Of a stretch of 51,349 nt of DNA, positions 47,742-51,349 are shown piece by piece. How positions within the stretch are numbered: the first letter of the stretch is position 1; each line of letters begins with the position of its first letter. A program made the position numbers and the translations under genes. The notes beneath the pieces are model-generated. The model was not told the DNA's origin. It searched no databases and saw only the letters and a list, made by a program, of their open reading frames with translations. Source of the stretch: Bdellovibrionales bacterium (GTDB lineage: Bacteria > Bdellovibrionota > Bacteriovoracia > Bacteriovoracales > Bacteriovoracaceae); contig JAHEZZ010000001.1 in the NCBI GenBank assembly GCA_023250815.1, positions 1 to 51,349 of the forward strand, in the 5' to 3' direction.

Positions 47742-48719
47742 GTGATGAGATTTTCTTTTCTCTTTTTTGTGATTTTTCTTTTTTCTAGTACAGCTTGGCC
47801 TTCCGTTGAAATTTGCGATTACATCGATTTGCCAGGTTGTTCGGGAATTCAAAAGCAAGGACGTCGCTCAAGTAATCAATCTTCTCCAAGTCCAACGACT
47901 GCAGCGTCTTCTAATCCTGCAAATGTCAGTTTAGATAAGGGGTTTGGAATTGAGGGCCTCTATCAACCAACCAATCCTGTCGGAATTAGTATTCTTTCTG
48001 GAACAGGCAAGGTGGGAGGCTCACTCATTTCTCCTAATTTAGAAAATAGTTTTTTTGGAAATCGAGTAGCAGAAATTGATAACAAACTTTTAGAACGACA
48101 GCTCTCAAAAAGTCGCTATCGCAATAAAAAGCTCAATTTTGCTTTTGCCACTAAAATTATTAATAAAAAATATTTTAGTTTAGATCTCGGTGTTCCGTTG
48201 AAACGCAATCCCGACATTGGAAAAATTAATACAGGGATAGGGCTTTCTTCTCATTTTTTAATTTTTAATTTTGGTTTTTCGGCCTACTATGATGATGTTT
48301 ATTTTAATCTTGAGAACTTTAGAGACCCTCATACCTTTATCCTTTACAAAGATACTTACGGAAAAGAAGATTACTCAGAAAAATTTTTAGTTAAGGCATT
48401 ATCAATTGGTTTGAAAGTCGGGGTATTTTCTTTTGATTTTGGTGAAATTAAAAGCAAGTACAATTTTTACGTAAAGGAAACTAAAATTGATATTTATTCT
48501 ACTGGTTTAGTCTTGGGCAATTTCAGGTTTAATTATGCTTTAAGAAAAGAGCATTCGGATCGTCAAGTTTATGTGGATCATCACATGATCGACAGAAGGC
48601 TTAAAACAAATGAATTTTACGGCCTTCAATATTCTTTTTTTAAAAAAGTAATTGTAGGAATAACCTATAATTATTTTTTGCTGAATGATGTGGCCTTGAC
48701 TACTGCTTTTTTTCTATGA
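47742..48719 (+). CDS. Secreted protein, probably an outer-membrane beta-barrel
   Basis: Signal peptide MRFSFLFFVIFLFSSTAWP, an S/P-rich linker, alternating aromatic beta-strand-like segments and a hydrophobic C-terminus. The probable start is the ATG at 47745. Confidence 0.55.
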   Translation: MMRFSFLFFVIFLFSSTAWPSVEICDYIDLPGCSGIQKQGRRSSNQSSPSPTTAASSNPANVSLDKGFGIEGLYQPTNPVGISILSGTGKVGGSLISPNLENSFFGNRVAEIDNKLLERQLSKSRYRNKKLNFAFATKIINKKYFSLDLGVPLKRNPDIGKINTGIGLSSHFLIFNFGFSAYYDDVYFNLENFRDPHTFILYKDTYGKEDYSEKFLVKALSIGLKVGVFSFDFGEIKSKYNFYVKETKIDIYSTGLVLGNFRFNYALRKEHSDRQVYVDHHMIDRRLKTNEFYGLQYSFFKKVIVGITYNYFLLNDVALTTAFFL

Positions 48720-49542
48720 AATTATTTTTTCGCAAAAAACTTTTAATGTGAGTTGCTGCTGCGGCTGCTTCATGGTGGGGAAGTTTAAGAGGACGTTCAA
48801 GAGTTACTGTGCTTCCCTTTTTTTCTAACTGTGCTTTTAATCTTTCGGCGCCATCTGGGGCAACAATAACATCGTCTAGGCCGGTGATTAAATGGATACG
48901 TTCACCTGGAAGCTCAAGGGAGGCCTTTTCATCTTTTATCCAGGGAAAAATATTTTCGGGGCAGAGGGCGGGGGAAACTAGCTGCGCTCGAAGGTTTAAA
49001 GTATTTTTAAACAAAGGCGTTTGAAAAAGGTGAACTTGATCATGAGAAGTGGTGTCAGGTGATAGGCCATGGCCAAAACCCACGGCAATTGCCAGTCTTT
49101 TATAATCTACGAAAGCAGGAAGAGATAAGGCCTTCAGAGCAAGCAATGCACCGAGAGAATGCCCTGCTAATATTAAGTTAATTTTTTTGGAATCATTAAA
49201 ATGTTCATACAAAGGGTAGCGGAGAAAAAAATTCTTGCGAATATTTTCTAACCCTTGGGCAAATAGCTCATGGGCAAAAGTGAAGTCAGCAAATTTTTCA
49301 ACATCATTAAACCCTCCTAAATAGTGTCCTGGAAGATCAAATAAACAAACAGTAATTCCTTCTTCGCAAAGTTTACTTGCCCAAGAGAAAAGGTCATTTT
49401 TACTGGCACTGTAACCATGAGTCATTAGAGCAAAGGAGGGAAGTATAATTTTTTGTGGTGAAGGCCAAAAAATAAATCCTTGGGTTTTGAGTGCTAGATG
49501 ATGAAGTTGTAGTTTGCTTAGCGTAATTGACATATTATTCAA
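48700..49542 (-). CDS. Alpha/beta hydrolase
   Basis: Nucleophile elbow AGHSLGA and an HGY oxyanion-region pattern. Confidence 0.8.
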   Translation of the reverse strand: MNNMSITLSKLQLHHLALKTQGFIFWPSPQKIILPSFALMTHGYSASKNDLFSWASKLCEEGITVCLFDLPGHYLGGFNDVEKFADFTFAHELFAQGLENIRKNFFLRYPLYEHFNDSKKINLILAGHSLGALLALKALSLPAFVDYKRLAIAVGFGHGLSPDTTSHDQVHLFQTPLFKNTLNLRAQLVSPALCPENIFPWIKDEKASLELPGERIHLITGLDDVIVAPDGAERLKAQLEKKGSTVTLERPLKLPHHEAAAAATHIKSFLRKNNFIEKKQ

Positions 49543-49571
49543 GATTATAAAAAACTTTTCCCAAATTGTAT

Positions 49572-49600
49572 TTGACGATGCTTGCCTCTTCTATTAATTT
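49572..49600 (+). promoter_or_regulatory. Candidate promoter for tRNA-Phe (TTGACG-17 nt-TAATTT)
   Basis: The hexamers were read directly. The -10 element ends 25 nt upstream of the mature tRNA 5' end. Confidence 0.3.
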
Positions 49601-49625
49601 TTGAAGACTTTTTTAAGTAATTTAT

Positions 49626-49701
49626 GCCCAGTTAGCTCAGTCGGTAGAGCAAAGGACTGAAAATCCTTGTGTCCGTGGTTCAATTCCGCGACTGGGCACC
49701 A
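49626..49701 (+). tRNA. tRNA-Phe (anticodon GAA), CCA encoded
   Basis: I folded the cloverleaf by hand: acceptor GCCCAGT/ACTGGGC, D stem GCTC/GAGC, anticodon stem AAGGA/TCCTT with loop CTGAAAA, T stem CGTGG/CCGCG (one G-U pair), discriminator A, then CCA. Confidence 0.93.
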
Positions 49702-49733
49702 TCTTTAAACAAGCTATTGAAATTAAAGAGAAA

Positions 49734-49773
49734 AGTACACCAAATGAATGTTTGGTGTACTAAAAGTGTACTA
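49734..49773. repeat. 11-bp perfect inverted repeat plus a direct repeat of GTGTACTA just downstream of tRNA-Phe
   Basis: AGTACACCAAA (49734-49744) and TTTGGTGTACT (49751-49761) are separated by a 6-nt loop. GTGTACTA occurs at 49755-49762 and again at 49766-49773, an 11-bp phase. Confidence 0.6.
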
Positions 49774-49809
49774 CGACGAAATAAAACCGACGATAAATCA
49801 CCCACAAAC

Positions 49810-50874
49810 TCAGCTAAAATTCACACTTGATGCAACTTTTTTTAGAAAATCATTATGCAAATGAGCGTACCGTTTAACAGTCATATCTACATTGGAATGG
49901 CCCAAGATTTTAGAGAGAGCATAGAGATCTCCACCTGGCGCCATACACACGTTAGCTGCAAATGTTGCTCTCATATCGTGAAATCGAATAAGCGGAACAT
50001 CTGCTTGCAAAATTGCTTTTCTGAATTCTCTTTCGCGCACATGTTGAAAATCAACAGGCGCTCCATTTCTATAAGCAAAGACAAAATTTGAATGACGTTT
50101 CTGTTGGTAAAGTGATTTCAAAGTTTCTTCGCACGATTTATTCATAGGGATGTAACGAAAACTTGAACGTGTTTTTGTTGCTTCCCTAAGGCCTGTGCGA
50201 TCACGTGATCGGGAAACATGAATTAATTTATTTTTAAAATCAATTTTGTCCCAGCACAATCCCGCCAATTCTCCTTTTCTCATACCAGTATTCAGTGCAG
50301 TTACCCAAAGCTCGTAAAGTTCACTTAATCTATTTACTGAAAGAAATTTTTCAATATCTTCAGGCATCCAAAAATTTATTGATCTAGGTGGCACTTTTAG
50401 TGGCGAGAGATTTCTTAGGGGATTAATTGGTAGAATTTCCCATTTTACAGCATCATTTAAAATTCCTTTTAGCAGCACTAAAACCATATTGATGCCTTTT
50501 GGATTTTTACCTTTGGACTTCAACAGTGATATTAGTTTGTGCCCATCTATCATGTTAATGTTTCCAATTTTAATATTTTTTAAAAATGGATTAAGATGGA
50601 TATCTAAAATGGAACGGTAATTTTCGCTTGACCTTGGTGCCAGTTCAATTGATTTGGTATTGAACCATTGTTCTTGGAATTCTAAAAAAGTTGGTGATGA
50701 TTTTTTTTGAGCTTCGAGTTTAAGTTCACCTCGCTCTCGATCAACCACCATTTTTTGTTTCCAAAGTTCGGCATCTCTTTTTCGTGTAAACGTTTTAGCG
50801 ATTTGTCTGCCATCGACATAAACTTTTGCACGATAAGAAGTACTTCTAGATTTATTTTTTTTATTTATAATCAT
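49810..50874 (-). CDS. int: Tyrosine recombinase / phage-type integrase with an N-terminal arm-binding domain
   Basis: N-terminal YRAKVYVDGRQIAKTFTRKRDAELW (arm-type DNA-binding pattern). Catalytic HDMRATFA (HxxR) and LGHSNVDMTVKRYAHL (His/Tyr). GGAGG lies 6 nt upstream of the ATG at 50874 (track start 50916). Confidence 0.88.
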   Translation of the reverse strand: MIINKKNKSRSTSYRAKVYVDGRQIAKTFTRKRDAELWKQKMVVDRERGELKLEAQKKSSPTFLEFQEQWFNTKSIELAPRSSENYRSILDIHLNPFLKNIKIGNINMIDGHKLISLLKSKGKNPKGINMVLVLLKGILNDAVKWEILPINPLRNLSPLKVPPRSINFWMPEDIEKFLSVNRLSELYELWVTALNTGMRKGELAGLCWDKIDFKNKLIHVSRSRDRTGLREATKTRSSFRYIPMNKSCEETLKSLYQQKRHSNFVFAYRNGAPVDFQHVREREFRKAILQADVPLIRFHDMRATFAANVCMAPGGDLYALSKILGHSNVDMTVKRYAHLHNDFLKKVASSVNFS

Positions 50875-50957
50875 ACAGGGCCTCCATGTTGAAGCCTCTG
50901 TTTCATTGCTACCCAATATTCAATTGTCAAAGAGTGATCACCTTAACATATTTATTG

Positions 50958-51272
50958 TTAATTGGGATGTTTAATTTGATCTTCTAAATATTCAAGAAGT
51001 CCCGATTTTGGAAGACGCACCAGCGCACCGATTTTAACGTAGGGGATTTCCCTCTTAAAGATGGCCGCACGAATACGAGACACTTTGACATTAATTAATC
51101 TAGCGGCTTCAGTAACGGTCAAAAACTCGTCCTCATCAGATTTGTCAGAAGAAGGGGGCGTGCCCCCCTTTTCATTTAAGATATCTTCTATAATTTTTTT
51201 GATCTGTGCATATAAGTTGACTGTCCTAGGTTGACAGTGGATTAAGTAAGAAATCACAACAGATTCAAACAA
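50958..51272 (-). CDS. Excisionase/AlpA-like helix-turn-helix protein; the true CDS may be only 50958-51122
   Basis: C-terminal LTVTEAARLINVKVSRIRAAIFKREIPYVKIGALVRLPK matches the excisionase-family HTH pattern. The ORF has no ATG. The track start is a TTG at 51272, and an in-frame TTG at 51122 with GAGGA upstream gives 54 aa. Confidence 0.6.
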   Translation of the reverse strand: MFESVVISYLIHCQPRTVNLYAQIKKIIEDILNEKGGTPPSSDKSDEDEFLTVTEAARLINVKVSRIRAAIFKREIPYVKIGALVRLPKSGLLEYLEDQIKHPN

Positions 51273-51349
51273 TTAGAGACATAAAATAATTCCCGTTCTT
51301 TTACTTATCGTCAGAAGTTATTGAAAGTTGATGACGTTTTTTTGATTTT

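Larger units (their letters stand above)
49626..51349. mobile_element. Left border of an integrative element (prophage or genomic island) inserted at tRNA-Phe; it continues beyond the window
   Basis: The 3' end of the tRNA is followed within 110 nt by an integrase gene and then an excisionase-like gene, with repeat-rich DNA between them. Confidence 0.6.

Noticed and set aside
1-51349. Search by eye for CRISPR arrays, rRNA genes, IS elements/transposases, toxin-antitoxin pairs and long tandem repeats.
   Set aside because: I found none. Coding density leaves no unexplained gap longer than about 220 nt, and no regularly spaced direct repeats were seen. A computational repeat scan would be needed to exclude short dispersed repeats.

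Overview
This is a 51.3-kb, AT-rich, very tightly packed bacterial chromosomal segment. Hand-counted 60-nt lines are mostly about one-third G+C; the whole window was not computed. I count about 47 protein genes and one tRNA-Phe. I saw no rRNA, CRISPR array or IS element. Most genes are recognisable housekeeping or metabolic functions: mutL-miaA, pgi, two acyl-CoA dehydrogenases, rlmN, menB, ygiQ, cytochrome c peroxidase, rapA, slyD, srkA, cmoA-cmoB and an aldehyde dehydrogenase. These are interspersed with many signal-peptide or lipoprotein genes and with signalling proteins (a Hanks-type kinase and an FHA-GGDEF cyclase). The gene content is reminiscent of Bdellovibrionota/Oligoflexia-type organisms, but that is only a guess. 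Convergent genes abut or overlap almost everywhere, and intrinsic terminators are nearly absent. The right end (tRNA-Phe, integrase, excisionase-like gene) is the left border of an integrative element that runs off the window. Candidates for undescribed biology, ranked: (1) an orphan ParA-like ATPase cassette with two tiny charged partner ORFs (32260-33992); (2) a secreted operon with a CotH-like kinase-fold protein, an Agd3/CE-like deacetylase candidate and a small secreted protein (14148-17820); (3) a 1042-aa membrane-anchored protein with a single zincin motif, coupled to a lipoprotein (28129-31687); (4) divergently paired atypical kinases, SrkA and a divergent elongated SelO-like protein (40776-44499); (5) a two-gene unknown module (10683-13000). 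None of these can be proven from sequence alone. All family calls rest on motifs I recognised by eye, not on searches.
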